From NCBI GenBank assembly GCA_964016885.1, contig OZ024744.1:112220001-112284000 (forward strand): a DNA stretch of 64,000 nucleotides, given 5' to 3'. The notes beneath the pieces are model-generated. The model searched no databases. It saw only the letters and a list, made by a program, of their open reading frames with translations, and was not told where the DNA came from. The position numbers were made by a program, and so were the translations under genes. Below, one piece after another: positions 52,571 to 64,000 of this stretch (position 1 is the stretch's first letter; each line of letters starts with the position of its first letter). Source of the stretch: Eledone cirrhosa (Eukaryota).

Positions 52571-52684
52571 TATATATATATACACACATACATATACATA
52601 TATATATATATATATACACACATACATATACATAAATATATATATATATATGCTAGTTAGGTCTGTCTAAGCACATATAAACTC

Positions 52685-52770
52685 ACATATCTGAGGAGAT
52701 ATCAAAGAAGAGTCAGGTCCCGTCATGATTGTACCCTGAGCTGATCAATATTGAAACTATTGTAATATGT
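52685..52770 (+). ncRNA. Type I hammerhead motif with extended stem II
   Basis: acatat-CTGAGGA-gatat...atatt-GAAA-ctattg-TA-atatgt then AATAAA; homologous to 60581-60667. Confidence 0.7.
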
Positions 52771-52837
52771 CAATAAAGTGCAACAGTGACTTTGATTCTA
52801 TTTTCTCTCTATCTATCTATCTCTCTATGTATATATA

Positions 52838-54958
52838 TGATGAGAAAGACAATGAATTAGAATTACATGATACAGAAGATAACTGAAAGTTCTTACGCGA
52901 CAGCCTAGTGTACACAACTGAAGAGACTTGTGGCTGGAGCAGAGCTCCAACCAGACAGAGAGTGACCTGGTGGTGGAACAGCACAGTAGATAAGGCCATT
53001 AGAGACAAAAGACAGGCATGGAAGGCTTGGGAAAATGGTGGGAGTAGAGACCGATACTCAGCCACTAAAAGAGAGGCTAGACATCAAGTATACTTAGCAT
53101 GCAGGGAAGCTGAGAGTAGGAGGTTTGCCAATGTTCTGCGATGGAAAGATCAGAGGCGTGCGGTGTTCCACATTGCAAGGCAGTGTGTCAGTGTAAATCA
53201 GGATGTAGTTGGAGATAAATGTGTCCGGAATGATGCCGGTGTACTTAGTGTCACGAATGATCAGAAAAAGGAGGCCTAGAAATGTCATTATGAGAGACTG
53301 ATGAATGTGGAGAACGAATGGAAGAGAGAGAAATTACCCTCAGTAGACCTGACAGAGGGATCAGCTATTGAGATTGACGAATATAGGGTCCAAGAGGCAT
53401 TTAAGGAAATGAAAAATGGTAAGGCTGCTGGACCGTCAGGGATAGTTGCTGAGATGCTGAAGGCATCAGGAAATGTAGGAACTAAACTGGTTGCACACAT
53501 TGTCAATCAAGCTATATATGGTGGTGTGATACCCAAAGACTGGTGCAGCAGTATTCTTGGAAATTGCTACAAAGGTAAAGAGGATGCTCTGGAGAGGAGC
53601 AATTATAGGGGCATAAAACTGATGGATCAGGTTTTGAAAGTGGCAGAAAGAATATTAGCGCAACTAATTAGAGAAAGGGTCAAATTAGATGAGATGCAGT
53701 TTGGTTATAAGAGAGGTTCTTAGAGAAGAATAAGCCACTATACTTAGATTTTGTTGACCTAGAGAAGGCCTTTGATAGGGTACCCCGATCAGTCATCTGT
53801 TGGTCCCTAAGAAAACTAGGTGTAGAGGAATGGCTTGTGGGTACAGAGCAAGCTTTGTACAGAGGTGCTGTCAGTAAAGTTAGAGTAGGAATGGAGTTTA
53901 GTGGGGAATTCCAGATACAAGTAGGTGTACACCAGGGTTCGGTCCTCAGCCCACTCGTGTTCATTATAGTCCTCCAAACCATAACAGAGGAGTTTAAGAC
54001 TGCCTGCCCATGGGATCTTCTCTATGCTGATGATCTGGTACTTATAACAGAATCAGTAGAGGAGTTAGAGAATAAATTCTGGCTATGGAAACAGCAGTTG
54101 GAATCAAGAGGACAAAACTCTGATTCCATCAGGGAAATAGCCATGCTTGATATGTAGAAAAGGAGTTGGCATAAACTCTGTAGAATGTACACAATGCAGA
54201 TCTTGGGTACACAAGAGATGTAGTGGGATAGCAGGCAAACTAACAGGATAAGAAAACTTCATATGCAGTAGATGTTCAGGAGAAGATAGTAGAAATGTTA
54301 TGAAAGGCACATTTTTCAAATGCAGGTGGGTTCTATAGAAGTGGTTGATAGTTTCCGGTACCTAGGTGATCAGATTAGCAAAGGAGGAAGGTGCTCCGAG
54401 GCCATAGTATCTAGAATAAGGACAGGATGGAAGAAGTTTAGGGAGCTGCTTCTTCTGTTGACAATGAAGGTTTCTCCCAATAATTGAAAGGTCGGTTGTT
54501 TGATGTCTGTGTTTGATGCACGATGCTGCACGGTAAGACATGGGCAGCAACTGTAGAGGTTATGCAACGGCTGGAGAGAAATGAAGCAAGTATGCTCCGT
54601 TGGATGTGCTATGTCAATGTGTGGGAATGACCAAGCATAGATGAGTTGAGAGAGAAACTGTGTATAAGAGAGATAAACTGTAATGTGTGGGAGAGAAGAC
54701 TGTGTTGGTATGGACATGTGATGGATGCGCATGGGGAACGACCGCTGGGTGAAGAAGTGGCAGGTAATCCCAGTGGAAGGAAGACGCAGTAGAGGAAGAC
54801 CATGAAAAATATGGGCAGAGTTGGTGACAGCTGAACTCAGATCACTGAAGCTCACAGAGGAGATGACGAAGGATCGTGACGAATGGAGAGATGCTGTGCT
54901 GAATAGAACCCATCAAGCAGGGAAAAGCAGGCGTAAGATGATGATGGTGATGATGATA
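52838..54958 (+). mobile_element. RTE LINE (same family as 303-2780), 5'-truncated and decayed
   Basis: VTWWWNS, KAAGPSG, QGSVLSP, LYADDL; (GAT)n tail. Confidence 0.92.
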
Positions 54959-55246
54959 TATACATATATATCATGATGATATATACATATATATCATGAT
55001 GATATATACATATATATCATCATCATCACTGTTTAATGTCTATTTTCCTCAGTAGCATGGGTTTGAGAGGTTGATCAGATGGCCATGTTTTGCTCATACA
55101 AAACTGTTTCTGACTTGGTTTCTATGGTTGGATGCCCTTCCTGGTGCAAACCACATTTACATTGTGTATATGGTATCAGCACAACCACCTACATATAACA
55201 CACACACATATATATATATATGTGTGTGTTTGTGTGTGTATGTATC

Positions 55247-55280
<34 letters not shown>

Positions 55281-55339
55281 CACCTCACTGGGTATTTGCT
55301 GGCCTTGTGCCAAAAGTGGAAACAATTATATACATTATT

Positions 55340-55681
55340 TCATCATCATCATTTCATTTTACGTCCACTTTTCCCTGCTTGCAAGGGTGGGACGGGAACT
55401 GATTCTGGCTTGATTTCTACAGCTGGATGCCCTTCCTAACACCAACCTCATTTACAGTGAGTGCTGGGTGCTTTTTTTGCCGTGGCACCTCCACGACCAC
55501 TTTACAGTGGAATGATATGGACCCCAGTCCCTATCATCTCATTTCTACAGCTGAGTAAACTGGAGCAATGTGAAATAAAGTGCCTTGCTCAAGGAAACAA
55601 CACATCACCCGGTCTGAGAATTGAACTCACAACCTTTCGATTGCAAGGCCAATGCTCTAACCACTAAGCTATGTGCCTCCA
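55340..55681 (-). mobile_element. SINE family B
   Basis: Family similarity. Confidence 0.9.
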
Positions 55682-56037
55682 TATATATATAATTTATAAA
55701 AGAGATATATTTAACAATGTCAATATCCATTAAATTCCAAATAATAACAGTGGAAAATAGTAAAACATCTGTTTAATATGCAGCAACAGAAATGACCTGG
55801 AGAGAGGACTCTGATTACAAAGTAAGTATTGGAGAGAATGTTTTGTGCCATCTAGCCTGGAGTTCAAATTCTGTTGAGGTCCCATCATCCTCATTGACTT
55901 TTAAAACCTATAGATTGATTGATAACATGAGTACCAGTAATATACTACATTCAGTCCAGTCAATTATACTTCTCCGACCCATTAACATCTAACATTGAAC
56001 CTACTTGAAAGAAATTAATGAACACACACAGAAACAA

Positions 56038-56090
<53 letters not shown>

Positions 56091-57193
56091 AATATACAAA
56101 CACACACATACATACATACATACATACATACATACATACATACATACATACATACATACACAATAAAAAATTATCACTACCTTCCTTGACATATACCTTA
56201 CTAATGGAGACAATGGTGTAAAGTGTGATTAATGACACACCTGGCCTAAGTGACAGGTGTCAGAGTGACAGACTAAAGTTGCACCTGAGAAGTTAAAGAC
56301 TTCTGCCAAAAGTACATAACAGTCTCAACAGCAGCAACAAGGTGTTGATAGACATATATATGACATAGAAATATTTCCTAAACTATATAACATTAGCAAC
56401 AATAAGATATTGATAGAATATATAGATTTCAGAAACTCTATGAAATTAGCAACAGTAATTTGGGGTAGAATTAACCCACTTGATACTATATTCCTATTGA
56501 AATTGACTAGTTCCAATTAACCAAAATTTGATGGATTTACTAAAATTATTAATTATTACATTATTAAGATGGTATTTGTAACATAACTAAACAAAAGTTC
56601 TTATATAAAAACTATGTTGGAAGGTTTAAATTTAAATAAGAACCTTTTAAAATGGGTGGTTTCGTTTCATAGAACAGTTTTGGGTAGGTTGCTATCAAAA
56701 GGTTTTAAACATTTGTTGCTTGGCAAGAGTTTAAACAGTAGTGTTATGATGTGTTATGAAAACTGAAAATCTGTTAAACCATTAAACTTAGAGAGATAGC
56801 ATAACAACAACAGTAACAACACATAAAATCTCACCCTAACAAAAATAACACTTTCTAAATTTGAACCAAAAACCACACCAACAATAAACAAATTAACTCT
56901 TAGAATGATTCATCAGGAAATATCCAAAAACAGGTTTGTAAATTTAAATGTTTATAGTATATTTACTAGTAAACAGATCAATGTGGAATTTTGTAGCATT
57001 AGTGTAAAAACTTTAATAATTAATGTGATATAGTTGTAGTTCTGTTTTATACTTTTCATGAATGTTTGGCTAATGTGGGTTGTTAATTCAAATGTTTATA
57101 GTATATTAAATGGTGAACAAATTGGTGTGTAAATATGTAGTGTTAGATTAAAGAATTTACTATTTAATGTAATGCAGACATATACACTAAAAA

Positions 57194-57385
57194 ATAATTG
57201 TTTCTACTTTAGGCACAAGGCCAGCAATTACCCAGTGTATTACTGGTACTTTATTTTATCGACCCCGTAAGGATGAAAGGCAAAGTAAACCTCGGCGGGA
57301 TTTGAACTCAGACTGTAAAGGGACGTAACTATGCTGGAAAGCATGGTGTCCGACTCTCTACCGATACTGCCAATCCACCGCCCTC
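57194..57385 (-). mobile_element. SINE family A with TSD acactaaaaaataat
   Basis: Family similarity and flanking duplication. Confidence 0.88.
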
Positions 57386-58134
57386 TACACACTAAAAAAT
57401 AATGTTCGATGTGCATGTTTGTTAAGTTATCCTTCAAACATTAAAGTGTTTATTACTGTTTTGCACTTTTCAAGAGTGTCTTATTGCATTTCCATGAATT
57501 GTAGGACATTAAGAATTAAGGACATTGTCTTGCTAAAATTGGCATTAGCCATGCAGATGGCTGCCCTCTCAATGACAATATTCATAGTCATGATGGTGCC
57601 TTTCTTCGGGGGTCAAAGTTTTACAGCCAAATACTCTTTCGGTTGCCAACCAATTTAGTGACCAGACAAATTATCCTGAGCAAGTTCCCAAAGTAAGATA
57701 GTTAATGACACTCAGTGAATACTATAAGTACTACAACTACTTTTTCTACAGTAGGAAAAGACTAACCTCAGTTGCTTGACAAGCTGGAAAGAGCAGTCAA
57801 ATTTCACCCCAACTAACATTTTTATCAATAAATAATACAAAATATAAAATAAAATAAAGAAAAGGGAGGGATATATTAGAAAAAAACTAGTCATAGGTAT
57901 TACAGTGCCCGAAGAAACACACGCACATAGGAAGATGGGATGATCATACTTTTAATGGCTACATTAAGCCTGGCCTCGGGCTAAACATCAGCAACAACAG
58001 CAAGACAAGATTAGCCAGTATAATGTCTGAGAAAAAAACAAGCTTTCAATGTAACATTTTAACCCCCACCCCGGCACACAGACAAGCACACAGGCAGAAA
58101 CACACACACAAACACACACAAACATACATATATA

Positions 58135-58261
58135 CAGGGTGAACCAAAAGTCTCAATACTTAGGAAAAATAATTACATTTCTGAGTTAACATATTTATTT
58201 ATTTTTTAACATGTTTAACATTATTATTTTCCCTATGCATCACGAAATTTGGTACACCCTA
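58135..58261. mobile_element. Short mariner-like MITE
   Basis: cagggtgaaccaaa / tttggtacaccct ends within TA. Confidence 0.5.
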
Positions 58262-58338
58262 TATACACACACACACACAGTATATATATATATATATAGG
58301 AGGAGGTTATAGTTCACTTGAAGCATTGTGTAATGAGG

Positions 58339-58700
58339 TATAAACGTTCGAATATGTGTAATAAAAGCCAAAACAATGCAGGTATGGACATAGAAAAAAA
58401 GAATGCAATAGTAAAAGATATTGTTGACAATTCGTCCTTTACCTTAGATTTATTTAAATGTCCTTAATTTTCGAGATAATATCTCTTCTTCAGAGGGAAA
58501 TAAAGGTCTCAAACCAGCGTTCTAAATATCTTGCCAAGCCATGCTGACAGGAAATAGTATAGAGTATCTGTTCTCGAAAATTAAGGACATTTAAATAAAT
58601 CTAAGGTAAAGGACGAATTGTCAACAATATCTTTTACTATTGCATTCTTTTTTCTATGTCCATACCTGCATTGTTTTGGCTTTATTACACATATTCAAAC

Positions 58701-58707
<7 letters not shown>
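58339..58707. mobile_element. Inverted pLTR-like repeat (~137-bp arms) with a minimal hammerhead on the minus strand
   Basis: Arms 58339-58476 and 58572-58707; minus strand cct-CTGAAGA-a-gagat(att)atctc-GAAA-at-TA-agg at about 58461-58497. Confidence 0.8.
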
Positions 58708-58774
<67 letters not shown>

Positions 58775-58775
<1 letters not shown>

Positions 58776-60704
58776 ATATTGACGTCGAATTGAGGTGTTG
58801 TGTGACGGAGATTGAGGTGTTGTGTGTTTGACCAAACTCCAGTTCAACCTGGATACGGTTTGTGAGTCTTTGAGTCTCCATACAATGTCTGCCAGTCTGG
58901 TGTACTATCGCTTGCTCCTATCATTGAAGGTTCTCTTGTGGTTGTAGTAACGGGCCTTTAATATTGTGGATGTGGCCATGATGTATGTGTGCCTGGAATT
59001 ATGGGTTTGGACCTCACTCTTGCATATTATGTTTTGGGCCAGACAATTATATTGTAGTGGACACTGGTTTCTATCTCAGCAGTTGTATGTTTTGTTGTTA
59101 TGTCGGTGGTTGGTGTTGGTGGTAGCCCCTAAGGATGAACATGGTGTGGAGTTCGGCCCGCCGTTCAGTTCTGTGCTGTTTGAGCTGTAGGTGAGAGATA
59201 TCCCTGTTTATATAGGCTCAGATGTACGTATGTGTGAGTGTGTGAGTATAGGTATATGCGTAAGTATGTGTTTGTATATATGTGTTTATATATATACATA
59301 TACATTTATTATTTTCCCCTTTACATTACGTCCGTAATTTTATTTCAGCCTCACTTTCAATTGTCCTAGACTTTCTTTTGAAATCCATATCTCACTTCCA
59401 TTTTAAATAAAATTTCATTCTGATGATCAAAGTCAAACGTCTGTGCCATAAGATAATTATTTCATTTACCAAAGGTTTTACGAAGACAGATGAGCCTGAC
59501 TCAGACGTCTGACTTTGATCATCAGAATGAAATTTTATTTAAAATGGAAGTGAGATATGGATTGCTGAGATAGAAACCAGTGTCCACTACAATATAATTG
59601 TCTGGCCCAAAACATAATATGCAAGAGTGAGGTCCAAACCCATAATTCCAGGCACACATACATCGTGGCCACATCCACAATATTAAAGGCCCGTTACTAC
59701 AACCACAAGAGAACCTTCAATGATAGGAGCAAGCGATAGTACACCAGACTGGCAGACTTTGTATGGAGACTCAAAGACTCACAAATCGGATCCAGGTTGA
59801 ACTGGAGTTTGGTCAAACACACAACACCTCAATCTCCTGCCCAGACGAAGTGCCGGTTTTGTATTGCTGTAGCCGTGGAGTTCACCAAATTAAAAAGATC
59901 CCAGTGAACCCGAATTCCGAAATACTGCTGAGATGCCGAAATGCCAGAAACACAACATTCTCGGTCCTATCATTCAGGAATACCAACCTAACAAATCTAC
60001 CAACAAAGGGCTACCCCAACCAAGTAATATTGTTTCAATCCATTTCACTTCATATATTCACCTTATTCAATCCCAAACAACCACTTTCCATGGATCTAAC
60101 TTGATTTCCCCCCATTTTATTCCTTTTCATCTCTCCTAACTTCAAAACAGCTCCATTCCTAAAACACCAAAACTTCATCCCGGTCATTCACCTTCAACCT
60201 TATCATCTCTACCTTAGCCAGCTTCCCCTTCATCATCTACTTTATCATCACCATCATCATCATCATCATCATATTCAACAACACAGCCACCACCTCCACT
60301 TCTTCTTCCCCTCACTTATCCCTCATAGCAATATGGCCCTACCTGTCATTCTTTTCTTCATCATACTTCCTGCTGACCACTTAACAACTGCTTATTCCCA
60401 ATTTTTCATATTTAGAATTTCATCTAAAGAAAATGTTATGCCTATCCCAATTACAATTCCCAACCTTTGACACATTAAAAACCTCTATTTACCATCTTCC
60501 CACTCCTGTCTCCCTCCCACCATAACCCAATAACATGTATATATGTCAACAGTTTGGATGGGACCACCCATGTAAACTCTCATATCTGAAGAAGTGTCGA
60601 TTAAGAGTCGGGATCCAATCACATGATCAAACCCAAGCTGATCAATATGGAAAGAAATTGTAATATGTAATAAAGTTTACAAAAAGCTGCAATTTTTTAT
60701 TGTC

Positions 60705-60708
<4 letters not shown>
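58775..60708 (+). mobile_element. Penelope-like element 3' part: inverted duplicate GIY-YIG fragments, 3' UTR and hammerhead pLTR
   Basis: CPLQYNCLAQNII...YIVATSTILKARYYNHK...LADFVWRLK...LNWSLVK at 59563-59860 (+) and 58807-59080 (-); hammerhead catat-CTGAAGA...GAAA...TA-atatg at 60581-60667, then AATAAA and (TA)n. Confidence 0.82.
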
Positions 60709-60748
<40 letters not shown>

Positions 60749-60786
60749 TATACATGCGTACATACATACATATATATATATATATA

Positions 60787-61100
60787 TGAGAAAGAAACTG
60801 GGTATAAGAGGGATAAGTTGTGGTGTGTAGGAGAGAAGGCTGAGATGGTATGGACATATGATGCACATGGAGGATGACCGCTGGGTAAAGAAATGCCAGG
60901 AAATGCCAGTAGAAGGAAGACGCAGTAGAGGTAGACCATGAAAAACATGGGCGGAGGTGGTGAGAGCAGACTTCAGATCGCTGAAACTCACCGAGGAGAT
61001 GACGAAGGACCGTGACAAGTGGAGAGATGCTGCGCTGAATAGGACCCGTCCAACCATTGCAAACAAGGAAAAGCGGACGTAAAATGATGATGATGATGAT
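60787..61100 (+). mobile_element. RTE 3' fragment
   Basis: RLRWYGH...; tail aaagcggacgtaaaat(gat)n. Confidence 0.88.
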
Positions 61101-61129
61101 ATATACACACACACACATCGTCATTATTA

Positions 61130-61490
61130 TCATCATCATCATCACATCATCATTTTACATCCGCTTTTCCCTGCTTGCAATGGGTGGGACAGGTCCTATG
61201 CAGCACAGCATCACTCCATTCGTCACGGTCCCTCGTCATCTCCTCCGTGAGCTTCAGCGATCTGAAGTCTGCTCTCACCACCTCTGCCCATGTTTTACAT
61301 GGTCTTCCTCTACTGCGTTTTCCTTCCACCAAGATTTCTTGCCACTTCTTTACCTAGTGGTCATCTTCCATGTGCATCACATGTCTATACCAACGCAGTC
61401 TTCTCTCCCGCACACTACAATTTATCCCTCTTATACCCAGTTTCACTCTTAAATTGTCTACGCTTGGTTGTTCATACACATTGACATTGC
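61130..61490 (-). mobile_element. RTE 3' fragment, tail-to-tail with the previous one
   Basis: GRPCKTWAEVV...RDRDEW. Confidence 0.88.
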
Positions 61491-61496
61491 GGATCC

Positions 61497-63530
61497 AGAG
61501 GAACAGTGGGAATTCCTGAAAGATAACCTGCTGAAGGCAACAGATGAAATCTGTGGCTGGAGCAGACCGTTAAGCAGGAGGAGAGTGACATGGTGGTGGG
61601 TGGAACAGTAAGGTGGAGGAGTCAATCAAAGGCAAAAAGCAGGCTTGGAAAGTATGGTAGGATGAGGGTAGTAGAGAACACTATCAAGTGGCCAGGAGAG
61701 AAGCTAGGAGACAAGTGTACTTTGCAAGAAGGGAAGCAGAGGAAAGAAAGTCCAAGCATGTTCTGCAACGCAAGGACCAAATGATGATAGTATACTTGCC
61801 CTCACTGATACTAAAAAGAAGGTAGCTTGGAAGTGTCACTACGAGAGGCTACTAAATGAGGAGAATAAATGAGAAAAAGATAGCCTGCCCCAAATCGATC
61901 CAATAGAGGGACCAACAGTGCAAGTTAAAGGTAGTATAATAAGTAAGGCAATCAAAGATATGAAGACAGGCAATAGTTGCTGAGATGTTGAAAGCATCTG
62001 GAATGGTGGGACATACTATGGTCACCCAGATAGTAAACCAAGTAATACAGAATGGGGTCATACCAAATGACTGGCGTAGCAGCATCATCGTTAACTGCTA
62101 CAAGGGCAAAGGAGACGCCCTAGATGGAGGAAATTTATAGAGACATGAAGTTAGTTGACCAGGTCATGAAGGTCACAGAAAGAGTTATTGCACAACTGTT
62201 TAGAGACCGAATTGATCTAGATGAACAGACAGCTAGGTTAGAATTAATGAATATAATGAAGAATTTAGCGTTAAAGTTGGTGTTCACCAAGGCTCCGTCC
62301 TTAGCCTCCTCCTGTTTATTATTGCCCTTCAGGCTATAACAGAGGAGTTCAAGACCGGCTGCCCATGGGAACTTCTATATGCAGATGATCTAACTCTCAT
62401 AGCTGAATCTATGTCTGAACTAGAGAAGAAATTCCAAACTTGGAAGCATGACCTAGAATGAAAAGGCCTTAAAGTTAACATGTCTAAGACTAAAGTTCTA
62501 GTTTGTAGAAAGGGAAATAGGGCACAGGTGCCCTCTGGGAAATGGCCATGCTCAGTGCATAAAAAAGGACTAGTTAGAAATTCCATTCTATGCCCAAAAT
62601 GCAAACTATGGGTACATAAAAGATGTAGTGGGATCACAGGTAAGCTATCTAAGAACATAGATTTTATATTTGGCCGGTGTTCAGGTGCAATAAGTAGCAA
62701 GTGCCCACAGGATACTAGCTCTTTCTATTGCCCAGATGGCTCTATAGAAATAGTGGACACCTTCCGTTACCTGGGTGACAAAATCAGCAGTGGAGGAGGG
62801 TGCTCTGAAAGTACGGCAGCCAGAGTTAGAACGGGATGGAAAAAGTTCAGAGAGCTTATACCGCTGTTGGCCACAAGGTTTTTTTCTCTAAAAGTGAAAG
62901 GTAAATTATATGATGCTTGTAATATTACATGGCAGTGAGACCTGGGTGCTGTGTGCTGAAGACTTGCGTAGATTAGAAAGAAACGAAGCTTGCATGCTCC
63001 GATGGATGTGTAATAGTATTGTACGCGAACGGCAAAGCATAATTGATTTGAGAGAGAGACTAAGCATAAGAGGTATCAAATGTTGTGTTCTGGAGAGGAG
63101 ATTGCATAGGTATGGACATGTGATGTGTATGAAGGACAACAGCTGTATAAAAAAAGTGCAGAGTGATCAAAATTGATGGAAGCTACGGAGTGGGTAGACC
63201 AAGAAAAACCTGGGAAGCGGTGATAAAAACTGACCTTGCACACTTACACCTCTCTAAGACAATGTCACTGGATCGAGATCTTTCACACTATGCAGTTATG
63301 TAGAAGACCCGCCTTCCCTTATAAACAAACTTAAACCTACAGTCAGTAGGCACCTCTTAACCCAATATACACCATACTACAACCGACACCCGCTACTCAA
63401 ACCTGCCAGATACAGTTCTATACAAGCGAGACACTGTCACCTACCAATCTTGCCTCTAGTAGGACAAACCCGTCAAACCAATGCTAGCTTGAAGGATGGA
63501 CATTAAATGATGATGATGATGATGATGATA
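61497..63530 (+). mobile_element. Decayed RTE LINE (second family) with deletions
   Basis: LYADDL, KTKVL, CPKCKLWVHKRC, FRYLG, GSETW; (GAT)n tail. Confidence 0.9.
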
Positions 63531-63611
63531 GATATATTCATAAATATAGATATATTCTGATCTATCTGTCGAAACGGCCGGAGCTCAGCCCTCAGGGTCC
63601 TGAAACTGTTC

Positions 63612-64000
63612 ATATCATCATCATTTCACGTCCGCTTTTCCCAGCTTGCAAGGGTTGGATGGGTCCTATTCAGCACAGCATCTCTCCACTTATCATGGTC
63701 CTTCGTCATCTCCTCAGTGAGTTTCAGTGATCTGCGGTCCGCTCTCACCATACCCGCCTATGTTTTTTGTGGTCTACCTCTACCACGTCTTCCTTCAACT
63801 GGCATTTCTTGACACTTCTTTACCCAGCGGTCATCCTCCATGCACATCACATGTCCATACCATCTCAGCCTTCTCTCCTGAACACTACAATTTATCCCTC
63901 TTATACCCAGTTTCTTTCTCAACTCGTCCATGATTGGTTGTTCACACACATTGACATTACACATCCATGTGCTTGCTTCATTTCTCTCCAGCCGTCGCAT
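63612..64000 (-). mobile_element. RTE 3' fragment
   Basis: ORF 63758-64000 RLRWYGHVM...GRPQKT. Confidence 0.9.

Noticed and set aside
7866-55667. Recurrent small ORF family ending LEQCEIKCLAQGNNTSPGLRIELTTFRLQGQCSNH
   Set aside because: Antisense translation of SINE family B.
59563-59575. Second possible selenocysteine TGA in a GIY-YIG fragment
   Set aside because: It follows the Cys at the Arg position of the CNCR motif, so CGA-to-TGA deamination is the simpler explanation.

Overview
AT-rich eukaryotic, repeat-dominated DNA with no recognisable host protein-coding gene. The SINE, MITE and LINE complement resembles an octopod cephalopod genome (inference from recalled repeat families, not verified). 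The window is a nested mosaic of: (1) decayed RTE-clade LINEs, an R4/Dong-like restriction-endonuclease LINE and a CR1-like fragment; (2) Penelope-like element (PLE) RT and GIY-YIG fragments; (3) two abundant tRNA-derived SINE families, a DD37D (maT) mariner relic, tandem non-autonomous Helitrons and TTAA-flanked MITEs; (4) 40-, 72- and 74-bp minisatellites and many microsatellites. Nearly all ORFs in the track are TE fragments or microsatellite artefacts. The most striking signal is about a dozen diverse type-I hammerhead ribozyme motifs in short PLE-type pLTR pieces, usually bounded by (TA)n and often followed by AATAAA and a GAGTRCT motif. Several lie in fold-back inverted repeats whose junctions fall in or next to ribozyme stem II. 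One Naiad-like GIY-YIG fragment has TGA at a conserved Cys position (possible selenocysteine). All structures were folded and aligned by eye and boundaries are approximate.
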